This document shows positions 34,211 through 45,348 of a stretch of 64,000 nucleotides of DNA, one piece after another. Where the stretch lies: the NCBI GenBank assembly GCA_029953675.1, contig JAMWBK010000001.1:310001-374000 (forward strand). The letters are read 5' to 3'. Positions within the stretch are counted from its first letter, which is position 1; every line of letters begins with the position of its first letter. The translations under genes and the position numbers were made by a program. Source of the DNA: Rhodosorus marinus CCMP1338. Its lineage: Eukaryota; Plantae; Rhodophyta. Below the pieces are notes generated by a model. It saw only the letters and a program-made list of their open reading frames with translations, had not been told where the DNA came from and did no database searches.

Positions 34211-34799
34211 ATTTTGCGCTTGGACAACTTTTTCAACATAATACTTTTGGGAAGAAGCTTTTAGCTCAGGCTCTTTAGTTCCTTCCTAATGTTGCTTTAG
34301 CTGGCTTAGGTCTTGTTCTATGAATCACGTACACGAACCATGCTATCGAACGTGAAAGCGGGCTTGCTTCGCTCGGGTTGAAGACAGAATAACCAGAACA
34401 TAAGGAAGTGCCCTCAGCTCCTAGCATCAAGCTACTTGAACATCCACCCTCACCCCATCCCCCCCAAAAAATACCCAGTGGGACAGTAAATGTTTTCAAA
34501 AACTTTTTGTTTGCTTCGACTAGACCAATCATTGGTAATCTCATTTTGCTTTTTTCTTTAGTTTTTGCGGTATTTAACCTCAATCATTATGGAAGACGAG
34601 GTTTAGATCTTCAGTGTCGCTAGAAGCATTTATAAAATATTGTTGGATTATATTACAAGACAATAAAACGATGAGGACACTAAATCATATGTGCGAGGTG
34701 TTATTGATTGAATACAATCAATACCTTTGTTGTACCCCACCGCTATGGAGAATTCTGCGAGTCCCCCTAGTTAGGAACAAGGTGAAGTTTGGAAACCAC

Positions 34800-35570
34800 T
34801 ACCTCTTCCAATGGCAGCACGACGAAACCTGAGAAATCCAACGCAGACAGATCGTTTCGCTCAGAGTTCTTACAGAGAAGGACAATAGGGAGGCGTCAAT
34901 ATCCTGACTGTTGCCAGCCTTCAACCGCAAGTTATTACACCTCAAGGGATTGTGAGATCTTCAGCCTCCTCTCATCGATCTATGGTTTTCTAAGGAGGAA
35001 ATGGAGACCCTCGAATTAAGCAGGGGGACACCTAGCTCGCTGAGGATTAGCAGTTCGTTGTCATGAACACGAACTCTGGCAACAACACCAACACGGCTAT
35101 TTCGAGCATGACAAAGACACTGATTGTTCGCCAAAATCACACACAACCATTCAGCGTTGAGAGTCCACCATGCTCGGTTTTACGTACTCCTCTCAGCGTA
35201 TGTCATAGTCGCTGTGCAAATTCGAATCCGTCTTGCTAGCCTCCAGGGCGAGCTTGCGTGAAACTGGCATTTTTGATCCGACTTTTTATACCGAAGTCCT
35301 GAGACACTTAACCCAAGTGAGCGAGCGTCAGTTGAGATCCAGAAGGGACTAACTGGTGAAACTTCTTTGTCAACAAGGGAGAAAAACGCGTCGACACACA
35401 TAGTCCGGTTTCGTCCACTGTTTTCTGTCCAACTGCTAATCGTTCTGAGCGGTTCGACGGTTTATCTCCAACTGAAACAATCCACTCGAGAGCGTTTCCG
35501 GCCTCAGAAAAACTTTCTCGAGTGACATCTTTTGCCGTCACCCCTCAAGCTTGGAACACCAAGCCCATCG
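34800..35570 (-). mobile_element. Decayed Gypsy RNase H relic
   Basis: PFWISTDARSLGL...TYAERST resembles PF.L.TDAS..G...AERNYST. It is followed by FWRTI...FVFMTTN, like WR.YL...F.V.TDH. Confidence 0.4.
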
Positions 35571-36154
35571 CCACTCGAGCTTTCAGATATTTTACATTGT
35601 CCAATACAGTGAACGTATGCAATCAGCCGTTGGGAGGATTTATTTTGAAAGTCATCTGACGCAATAAATTATCAGAATTCAATACCGCACCCATTGGTAT
35701 TCAATCAATAAGTGCTATAATGATTGCACCTGATCTAAATTTGGGCATAGTTTTTTGCCAGTCACGGCAAGATTTTTTCATTATTTACTCGATGTGCAAG
35801 AGCAGCCGAGAAATCATTTGCCACAGTAGAACCTATTCAATCTTTCGTAGACAAAGTGTCATTTATTTCTGTAGTTTTAAATCGTATACCCCGAAAAATT
35901 TAGTGAAACAAACTCAGTTTTACGGAATATCATAAAAAGCAAAGAGACACTGTTTAGAATAAGACAAAAAATTTGTTTTCTGTTTTATTTTAGTAAATTT
36001 TGTTATTTGAGCTGGAAGCTGCGTAAGATTACCCATCCAGTCAGTTTCGTATTGAAGGCAATATCATTGCCAAAGCATGCTTGCACAAGATATTAAGCTT
36101 ATGTAGAGATTGCATTGGGGTCGTGGGACGGGGCGAGGGGTAGTGTGTGGTTTG

Positions 36155-36177
36155 GTGTGTGTGTGTGTGTGTGTGTG
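36155..36177. repeat. (GT)n microsatellite
   Basis: About 11 GT units, roughly 110 bp upstream of the microprotein ATG. Confidence 0.95.
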
Positions 36178-36287
36178 CGTGGAATGTATTGAGTGTTGGA
36201 CTAGGTTTTGGGCTGAGAGGTGTTTCTATAGTTTCGTTATTAGGAAGTTTTGTTGTTTGCTAACGATCGGTTGAATTTTGTTGGACA

Positions 36288-36482
36288 ATGACTTCTTCAA
36301 GCAGTTCGTCGTCGTCGGCGAAGGAGGAGGAAGTGCCAGTTGATACTGGTGCTGCGGGAGAGGCTGTGGAAGCGCCTGCCGAGGAGGGTAAGAGGTCATC
36401 CTCGAGCTCAAGAGGCAAGGCACCCAAGCCAGCCAAGGGGTCTGCGGCTGCTGAGGAGGGCGGAGGATGCTGCTGCTCCTAA
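36288..36482 (+). CDS. 64-aa acidic disordered microprotein ending GGGCCCS
   Basis: Single ORF with GC-rich coding-like codons, a G/T-rich promoter-type upstream region and a C-terminal Cys cluster. Confidence 0.65.
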   Translation: MTSSSSSSSSAKEEEVPVDTGAAGEAVEAPAEEGKRSSSSSRGKAPKPAKGSAAAEEGGGCCCS

Positions 36483-37581
36483 GGACGGTTTTCATTTTTT
36501 TCCGGAAAAACCGCCCGAGGGGCTATAGGACAATATGGCCAACGTTGAAGTAGAAATTCTTGTGCGAAGAAATAAAACAGTCCTCCCAGAATCTTTTGCT
36601 TGCTCGTAACCCGCATCTCCAGCGGAAATCATGAGCCCCCTTGCCAGATACCTCACTTTGAAGTATTCTCGTTGTGCTTCGACCTGTGCACTCCTTCGGC
36701 CATCGAGTCCATTTTCATCGAAAGCCTCCACACAACGGAAAGGTTGCGCACGAGAGAATCGGTGGGTCTTTCAGGTCATCCTCTTCACAATTTACTGATG
36801 AGTACCAACTCCAACGCAAAGTTCGATACTCCTCATGAGATTTTTTCCCTCTCAACTACGAACTGCTCCAGATCAAATTCCATTTCGAGCATGACACCCG
36901 CCTCCAAAGAAAATCCGGCGGGAACGTCCACGGTCTCATCCAACAGTACACATAATTCAAAAAAACCAAATAAATCAGCGTCTGTAAATTCCTTTTGAAT
37001 CAGGCCATCAACTCGTCTACATTATAAACCAATACACTTACTCTATAAACAGTATAATATTGGTTTACTATTGTTTATATACCGTATCCTATGAAATCAA
37101 ATGAGAATACCGTACTCGAGCATCAAATCTTAAATGTATCGATTTAGTATCGATAATATGACTACTTTAAAGTATATACTGTTTAAATGTTCGTTCTAAG
37201 CCAATTTTCTCATTTAGAATTTTTGGGTCGAGTCGTCCGAACGAAATAATTTGCATTATTCATGATATGGTATGATAAATTTGAAAATTATGAATTATAT
37301 TGTTGTCTGGGAACGTACAAAATGATCGAAAATGGAATAGATTAAAGTTGTTGAGCGTAAAATATCCGCCGTCGTTGAGATCCGTTTTTTTTTTTTTTTG
37401 GCTCTGAGAGTTTGATGACGCTGGTGGAACAGTCACCCAAATAGGTATCCGCGCTCCGGTGTCGTTGTCGGATTTCTATCGCTGCGGGAAGCTTAGAGGA
37501 AATTTTGGTTTGCACAAGAAGCCGGAGTGAAAGAAGTTGTATTTAGCTCTTTTTGGATTTTTTTGGTTGGCGTTGTGAGTC

Positions 37582-38339
37582 ATGGTGGAGACGACAGTGG
37601 AGACGGCGGAGGTGCCGAAGGAGGAGGTGGTTGAGGAGGTGACCAAGGAGGAGCCTGAGGCTGAGGAAGCTGAGGCTGAGGAAGCTGAGGTTGGGGATGC
37701 GACTGATGAGGATGATGAGCATGATCATGATGATGATCACGATCACGATCATGAGCACGATCACGATGACCACGACCATGACCATGACGATGTCCATGGC
37801 GGCGGAAAGCAGTCGAGAGCGGAGAAGAAGACCAGGAAGGCAATGTCTAAGCTTGGGTAAGTACATTTGGAAGACAATGGCGAGAAAATAAGGGGTAAAT
37901 CGCAGATAGCCTTTGGAGCTAAGCATACTGTGGTCTTCATTGCAGGTTGAAGCCGGTTCCGGGTGTTAACAGGGTAACTCTGAAACGGAAGCCAAATACG
38001 CTATTCGTCATTTCGAAGCCGGATGTGTTCAAGTCGCCCTCTTCTGATACATATGTCATCTTCGGTGAGGCGAAGGTTGAAGACCTGTCAGCAGCAGCGC
38101 AGTCTGCTGCTGCTGAACAGTTCAAGGACGTTGAACCTCAAGTCGCACCGGCGGCGGCTACGACTGAAGCGGAAGAGCCGGTGGAAGTAGATGATAACAT
38201 TAGTGAAACTGGTCTTAAGGATGGAGATATTGAGCTCGTTATGGCGCAGACTGACGTCAAACGTCCACAGGCTGTCAAGGCCCTCAAGGAAAGCGATGGT
38301 GACATTGTCAACGCCATTATGGCGCTCGCCGTGCTCTAG
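37582..38339 (+). CDS. NACA: Nascent polypeptide-associated complex subunit alpha
   Basis: KQSRAEKKTRKAMSKLG|LKPVPGVNRVTLKR...LFVISKPDVFKSPSSDTYVIFGEAKVEDL and UBA-like DIELVMAQTDVKRPQAVKALKESDGDIVNAIMAL. Intron 37857-37945. Confidence 0.96.
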
Positions 38340-38499
38340 CTGCCGGCTAGCGTACTAGAAAGGTTTTTAGCGATGATCGTAAATAAGTAGCGCCCCGCTG
38401 TTCCTTAACAATATTTTGGAATGCCATTTGATCGTGCCAAAGGACTAGGCGTTCCACCTTAGACGAAGATAATAACTCTGACTCTAGGTCTGCGCGTGC

Positions 38500-39520
38500 A
38501 ACTTCGGCAACGAGTCTGTCCGGTTAGGGGGATGGGAGCTCTTTGCTGCGAGCAAGATCCAGTAGTTGACTGGTTCACGGAAAACTGTTGAGAGGGAATC
38601 AGTTTGCAATCCCAACCCGAATTTGCTGCTCGCCAAGAGCCGAATTGTGGGACTGTCCCTTAACAAGATGATCCTGGATAGCACAAGAAGCGACAGCTTC
38701 CCTTTAATCAGACACATGGATGTGTTGGTTGCCTCGTTATTGGGTCTGACTCAGCTCAATGTCTGCTATTGCGACAGCCTCGAGAACTTGTGGTAGGAGC
38801 AAGTGATCAAGGCAACCTGACGAACATCCGCTAGCAGCTAGTGAAAAGCATAACAGTGCTTTCTGCGGCTTGGAATGACTTGAACGGACGCAAACAGTGG
38901 TACCATAACTCTCACTTCCTGCAATCATTGTTCTGCGCGACCGACAAGCAAGGAGCGGGATGCCAAAGTCCAAGGTACTAGCTACCTGACGTTACTGTTG
39001 CAAACAAGAGCACACTCATCCAGCCGCAGAAAACAAGATTGTTGATGGCTCCCAGTTCCCATGCCAATACCCCTACAAAGCAACTATTCTTGTGTGGCGA
39101 CTCCGCTTACGCTCCAGGCGATCGTTTTGTTGTGTTGCATGTTGTCAGCCGTGGTTTCTGTTCCGACATAGTGGGCAGTTGTGCAGAGCACAGAAGAGAG
39201 CTCATTTCAAACAGTTTGCGGTTCATGCACTCATTATCAAAAGACAATTCGAGCCGGTACTCCGTCGACTGTTGCCTGCTTCGCGTAAATCTCCTGAGCA
39301 CGCGTACTCATGAACGCAAATCTCCTTGATGAATTGACTTTACAGAGAACGTGGGAGGTTCGAATGACTTTATGAAAGTCCATCCGTTTTACAAACGACA
39401 TGATCCAAAACTTGAGGCAGGTTGAGTTTCTCTGGTCTTTCCATGGTGTCCAGTCTAGCATACTTTTGCTGTGCACTGGAAGATTCTGTAGGTCAGGCGT
39501 TGGATTTATGGGCATCCAAC
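38500..39520 (-). mobile_element. Decayed Gypsy integrase-core relic
   Basis: VDGVPARIVF/DNE...FEMSSLL... (one frameshift) resembles HG.P..IVSDNG..F...LLG. Confidence 0.4.
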
Positions 39521-40155
39521 ACCGGTTAGTGACTCCGTCGAGAGTTCGTGTCGCTTTACCTCACCACAGCCAGCACCCACTTAAAAAAGATCCCCCGTGG
39601 TTGCCTCGGACTCGACTTGTATCGGTTTCCGGCACGTGAAGACCAGCCTGTCGAGATCTGCCAGATTCCACCCCCCTTGCCCTCCATAATTTCCCAACCA
39701 TGCTTCTAAAGATACCTACTCAACAGTTAGTGGATGGTCCCGCTGCTGGGCGTGGCTTGAAAATGAACCTCTAGCTAGATCGTCGCTAATCTAGCCTTCG
39801 GGCAGCAGCTAGTCTCTTCCCAACCAGTTCTGCTCAGCAGGATAGGGACGTTGGGCCGACTGAGACACCAATGGACTCAATTCCGCTAGCTAAGCAGCCC
39901 GTGAATGAATCCATACCCTACTGGAACTTCAGGTCTCCCTCTCCCTCATTGCCTTTGCAGCTGTTCCTTTAGTTCAAGCAATGTATCGACTGGTGGACCA
40001 CTGATTGAATTTCTTCTCAATATTTGCTACGAGGAAACCTCTAACTTTTTGCAAGCATTTTACAGGGCATTCATTTCTATTAAAAATTTCAGGAAAAGGA
40101 GTTTTCCCAAGACCCCCCAAAAAATGAACCTGGACGTACCCCCCCTTGGCGGGAC

Positions 40156-40557
40156 CTGGGGCATGCCCCAATGGCCCCGTTGGAAGGCCATATCAACGAT
40201 TTCAACAGTCTCGTAGTAGATTCTGATGCCCCAATGCTTGATATGGAGGTTTGATTGGTGGAGGTGCAAGCCCTCGCACGGGGTTTTGTGAAAAAGGTTG
40301 CGACATCTCTGGAAGCCAATCCATCATTGTAAACGAATTTCAACTCATTTTCTGCCGAGACATTCAATTTATTTTCATCATACGACTGAGCTTCGATGTA
40401 TTGTATTCTGTAATAAGGCATATTGTATAGGTCAATCGTTTCATGAATATGCTAAACAAAAATTTATGTCCCATTGCCGTATTTGGCCCCTAAATGAATT
40501 GCTACCATTTGAAGTTTTATCATGCTCAGGCTGGGGCATGCCCCAATCCGCCTGAGC
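40156..40557. repeat. Pair of identical 17-mers containing the palindrome TGGGGCATGCCCCA
   Basis: CTGGGGCATGCCCCAAT at 40156-40172 and 40531-40547. The second copy is nested in a GCTCAGGC/GCCTGAGC stem (40524-40557). Confidence 0.85.
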
Positions 40558-40779
40558 CCACTTTACCCTGAAGTTCACGTACATCAAGTTTTTCAATAAA
40601 TTTGTTTCTATTCAATCAGGCTCGGTCGACTTTTCAATGAATGTCAAAATGAAGGGCCTGAGTGTTATGTTCCCTGCTGTAAACCGCATCTCCGAAGTAA
40701 ATATTACAAGAATATTTGTTCTGCACTTTATGCGCTTGGAAGTATCTGTCCCGCTGTTTATGCGAACTCATTTAATCTG

Positions 40780-41430
40780 AAGACAAGTGGAACCCTGAGG
40801 AAATCTACTCGTTTGTAGTCCTTCATTCTCGCGGTGATGGCTGGTGAAAGTGAGATGCATTTCATACCTCCCCACCTGTTTCCGTTCATTTTTCGAAGGC
40901 GTTGTTGAGGGGCCGGCAGAAGGCCGTCCCCTCTTTCCGGCCGAAGACGATGCTGATGGTACAACATGCGGAGTTGCAAAGTATATTTATCCATTGGACA
41001 GACCGACTTAGCTTTTTGTTCCACGCCTGTCACGGAGCTGATCTTCCTTGTAACAACTGCGTGGTGCTGTGTTGGTTGAGAACTCTCTCCTGTACTCATC
41101 CAGGGTAGTCGCAGTCGTCTTGCGTGGCGAGCTCCCTAGGGGGTGGGTCTTGAAGAGGTTACCTGTTTCTCATGTAGAGCTGGCTTTTGATAATTTCTGG
41201 TACTGGTTTTCGATTCATACGCGTACATACGGAACTCCTTCCCACTTCTGAGCGAGGTACTCGTCAGTTCTGTCTGGTCATGCGCTTTTTCGATCCTGTT
41301 GATCTTTGGGTGGACCTTTAGACATATAGGCAGGTCTTCCCGCAGCGGAGTGACCCGAAAACTTCTCGAGATACACATATTTTGGGAACTCCTCGTTTCA
41401 CCAGGCCAGGAGCCGGACAGCTTAGTACCA
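40780..41430 (-). mobile_element. Decayed Gypsy gag relic
   Basis: About 210-codon frame with about 5 stops, including TTLDEYRREF, like the retrotransposon-gag SV.EY..EF motif. Confidence 0.45.
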
Positions 41431-42203
41431 AACCCCCGGTCTCCACGCAAATCCGAGTTGACTGAAAATAGAATGCGCCTGCGCGAGCGCCGCCGTGCTC
41501 AGCGCTGCTCAAAATGCTGAGCACTGCTCAGCTCGCAAAAATCAGCTGCGCTCATCCAGCAATATCCTTCTAGAAAATCCAAAATATAGGAAACCCTGGG
41601 AGAGGGACCATGGAAGTTTGCTGACTCTCATCCTCACGACTACCAATATCAATTGTACTGTCTTATGAAGTATTGCCCAGTCATCTCCAAACAAATTGTA
41701 ACACCCACCCCCCCCAAATAAAGTTTGGGTCACCCTCCACACTGGCAGCCAATATTTTGTATCACATTTATTATTTCAACATTTTCTAGATTGCTTACTT
41801 TCTATAATATGCTTTTTTAGCTTTCTTTCTTAGACTGTCCAGAATCCAGTGATTTTCGCTTACAATGGCAGCAGCGTGCTAATGAACGAGGCCGACTCCA
41901 AATCAATGTCAGTACGGGGGTAGGAACAAGGCTCGCGGTGAGGACTCGGATCATTTCAGCTCACATTTAATTTGAGTAAATATTTCAGAAATATTTGATT
42001 TCTATGGAAACAGGAAATTTTCACAATCCCTAATGTCCAATGGCTTGTATTAGCATCGACCAGGCAGTTAGGTGTCAACACGTGCCCCAGGGGATAAGTT
42101 CCAAGTCCCTAAAACAAATATACATCTGCGCATATTCTATGCGCTTGAGATGGCCATGAAGTGGGGATGGCAAAGTTTCATCAGGTAAAAACGATTAGTA
42201 CTT

Positions 42204-42463
42204 CCTAAAAAAAGAATATCATCTTATTCTACGAGGACCTCTTTGCTTTCAGTTAGATTTTTATTGATTTTTTGGTTGGAAAAATCGCGATTTTGCCCAA
42301 TATTTGGGTGGCAGGGATAAAAGTTGATGACGCCGAGATTCACGAGGGAGGGGGGGGGGTGAGTAGGGACGGGTCGCCTAAAAAAAGGATATGATCTTAT
42401 TCTACGAACACCTCCGCGTACACGGAACTGTTTTTTGGGATTTTTTACACCATTTTGCCCAAT
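42204..42463 (+). repeat. Diverged tandem duplication (about 170-bp unit) upstream of the zinc-finger gene
   Basis: 42204-42241 vs 42377-42414 match at 34/38. ATTTTGCCCAAT occurs at 42290 and 42452. Confidence 0.8.
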
Positions 42464-42991
42464 GCTTTTGCTCAGTGCTTTTGCTTAGCTGGTGTAAAAA
42501 CTTAAGACGGAGAGACATGACTGGATAGAGTGTGTGGAATTAGAAGCTGACGAATGTTGAAAAAAGATAAAACAATCGTGTCTTCGGGGTTTGGCGGGGG
42601 GGGTGTGAAGTATAAAGCCGTTTACTTGGAAGCTTTGGAAGAGGGTAACGATACGATCAGCGGGAACAGAAGGGTTGTGTGTTGTTAAGTTTTCGGGTGT
42701 GTGTGTGTGGTTTTTTGGTTTGTTTTGAGTGGGAGTGAATTCAGACTGAGGAAGAGTAGTTTGGAGAGTTGGTTTGGTCTAGGGCAAAATCATTTTCCGG
42801 TTTTGCCTGTAGTTTTTGGCGGTCTTGTTTGCGACGTTTTTTTTTTGAGGGGGGGGGGGGCCTTGTTTGAGGTGAGGAGGACGGTATGGTATGGTCGGGT
42901 GAGGTGGACTCTATTGCTGCTTCTACTTTTTGTGCGTGAGGGTATCTGTGTTTGATAAGGAGGGAAACACTTTTTTGACTTTGGTGTAAGT

Positions 42992-44584
42992 ATGGCTAAC
43001 ATTCAGGGGCTGAACTCCCTAGATGTATTGGGGGGTTTGCCTGACTACGCGAAGGACTGGTTGACAACTACTGAGCATGTACCTACCCCCAACGCGGAAA
43101 TGCTGCAGAAGTATTTACCGATCACTATCGAGTCTTTCATAATGAATACGGAGGTCAAGTTCTCCATGCTTCCTCATTTTGAACGTGATAGTATGTGGTT
43201 TGCGTCTACACTGCCCGAGACTCCCAACTCGCTTCCCGTGAAGTCGGTTTTGAGCGCCTACGGGGCACCGCCTCAGACTGTTCACGCGAGAACAATACTC
43301 GACTTGCGAACTAATAATACGCGAATGCTTGAGGTAGTGCGGTTTGATGACGACAGCTTGTGCTGTTCGAAGACTGTGAGATATGAAAACGGAGATATTA
43401 AGACCGTCAGTCACTTCTTACCTTCGTCAACGAGCGAATTCAAAGAGGAGTTCTGCCTGAGGCGGGACACAAATTTCGAGTGCAGATTTTGTGCTTTCCT
43501 GCGAGTCGAGTGCCAATGCGCAACAAGTGTAAAAATGCGTAGCTGCTCATCTGGGCTAACTTCTTTGAACAACAATTCGACAAAACATTTGCACTGGACA
43601 GCTCTTCGAGATTTCATGGGAAACGTTTTCAACCATAACATTGGCAGGACACAAATGTGCATGTATGTTTCCCGCGGAGCAAACAAGTGGGGGCGCGTTT
43701 CGCAGAGAAATTGTGTAGTCAGATATCTTTCCCATGACAATGAAGATGGCCTCTTAGTGAAGGAGAAGGACAAGTACATCCTGGAAAGTTTCGCGCTTTT
43801 GTCTCCTGGAGGATTGCTCAGGTTTAAGTTTGAGAGTGATGTTAGCGGGTCGGAGGGATGGGACGCCTCCAACCGTTTCTATGACGGGATGGAAAACGAC
43901 CGGAACTCTTATTCCATGATAGACCCGCTGGCAGAAGACGGTGTTTTCAAGGTGGAGCTTGGGTTCCAGCGCTCGCTCATGTCAGGTGATTCATTGCTGT
44001 CAACCGAGAAAGAGGTGGATTCGCAGACTTTCAGCGAGTCGGCAAGACTGGCGCTCGAGTACTCAGGAAGTGGTACTACCCTGCAGACTGATGAAGTACA
44101 GAACACCAAGCGCGTATATACCTCCTTAGAAAACGACATGGTGGACGCAGTGGATTTGGAAGACTCAAAACCGTCAACTGACAGTGACCCAGTAGCGAAG
44201 AAGCGAAAACTTGAAGATATCAAAGACGGCTCCTCATTGGTTTGTGAACATTGCTCGAAGGAATTCAAGAGGAAGTATGACTTGCGGCGGCATGTGACAA
44301 CCGTGCACGAGAAAGTGAGAAAGTTTGCATGCAGCATGTGCGACTTGCGCTTCCTGCAACGGGCACACTTGACAGAGCACATTTCGTGCGTTCACGAGAG
44401 GAGGAAAGCGAACTTCTGTGCAAAGTGTGAATTGACGTTTAGCTCAAAGAGCCGGTTAGTAAGACATGATCGTGCGGTACACCAGAAGCTACGCCCCTAT
44501 GTCTGTGGCGTATGCAATAACAAGTACTTCCAGAGGACTGACCTTAAAAAGCACCAAGACGCTAAGCATGCAAACGTCTTTTGA
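42992..44584 (+). CDS. C2H2 zinc-finger protein (4 C-terminal fingers), 530 aa, intronless
   Basis: CEHC...HVTTVH, CSMC...HISCVH, CAKC...HDRAVH, CGVC...HQDAKH. NLS-like KKRK. Unassigned N-terminal domain containing CRFCAFLRVECQC. Confidence 0.9.
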   Translation: MANIQGLNSLDVLGGLPDYAKDWLTTTEHVPTPNAEMLQKYLPITIESFIMNTEVKFSMLPHFERDSMWFASTLPETPNSLPVKSVLSAYGAPPQTVHARTILDLRTNNTRMLEVVRFDDDSLCCSKTVRYENGDIKTVSHFLPSSTSEFKEEFCLRRDTNFECRFCAFLRVECQCATSVKMRSCSSGLTSLNNNSTKHLHWTALRDFMGNVFNHNIGRTQMCMYVSRGANKWGRVSQRNCVVRYLSHDNEDGLLVKEKDKYILESFALLSPGGLLRFKFESDVSGSEGWDASNRFYDGMENDRNSYSMIDPLAEDGVFKVELGFQRSLMSGDSLLSTEKEVDSQTFSESARLALEYSGSGTTLQTDEVQNTKRVYTSLENDMVDAVDLEDSKPSTDSDPVAKKRKLEDIKDGSSLVCEHCSKEFKRKYDLRRHVTTVHEKVRKFACSMCDLRFLQRAHLTEHISCVHERRKANFCAKCELTFSSKSRLVRHDRAVHQKLRPYVCGVCNNKYFQRTDLKKHQDAKHANVF

Positions 44585-45348
44585 AAGTGCTTGTTATTTA
44601 TACCCCGGAGTTACGGCATCGACTATGTGACATTGCCGCGCTGGTGCGAAGGCGAGGTGATGCGTGGTACCATTGCATACCTCCCTGCGATGAGGCGCGT
44701 CCGCAAGGTTGGCGGCCGTGCATCCACGAAAAGCACACAGGAGATTAATTCTTGTTAAAAGTGTGCAGATTTCCGAGGCTGACCTGAACTAGCGGAATAG
44801 GGCCCGCCGATCGTTTTAACTGTCAGAGAATAGGGACTCCATTGAAGTGCGGGGTTCCCCACCACAACATGGAAGCTTTTTGGCCAGTTCACTCAGACTT
44901 TCCGCGAGACTAGCTGGCAAACTGCCAGCTGCTTATGGGAGAACACCCTTGTTGTTTGCGTGCTCACGTGTTGCCCCGAGGAACGAAGATTCGTTCATCA
45001 TGTTTATGTGAATAATATGGAATATAGAACTTGCTATTCCTTCGAAGCAAAGTCGTCTAAACAAAAAGAACTATTGAAATTTTTGCTTAACTCCTACTAC
45101 GTTGTTGTCCAAGTACTCGTGGTGACAGATGGCTAGGGAAAGGAGTCCATTACCCCTCTGGGTATCGAGTGTACATGATATAGCAACGGGAAAAACGGAA
45201 CAATACGCTAGACGCCCACTTGCCCTTTCGCATGTTAATAATAACCAGTCGTACAGGATCTCGACTCCAACAGAGTTGAGTACTCACCAAAGCTTCTAAC
45301 GCAGCCTACCGTGATCCTCTAGCTGAGAAATGCGAGATGAACCACTCC

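Noticed and set aside
36288-36482. 60S acidic ribosomal P protein
   Set aside because: Ala/Glu-rich, but lacks the N-terminal helical domain and the DMGFGLFD C-terminus.
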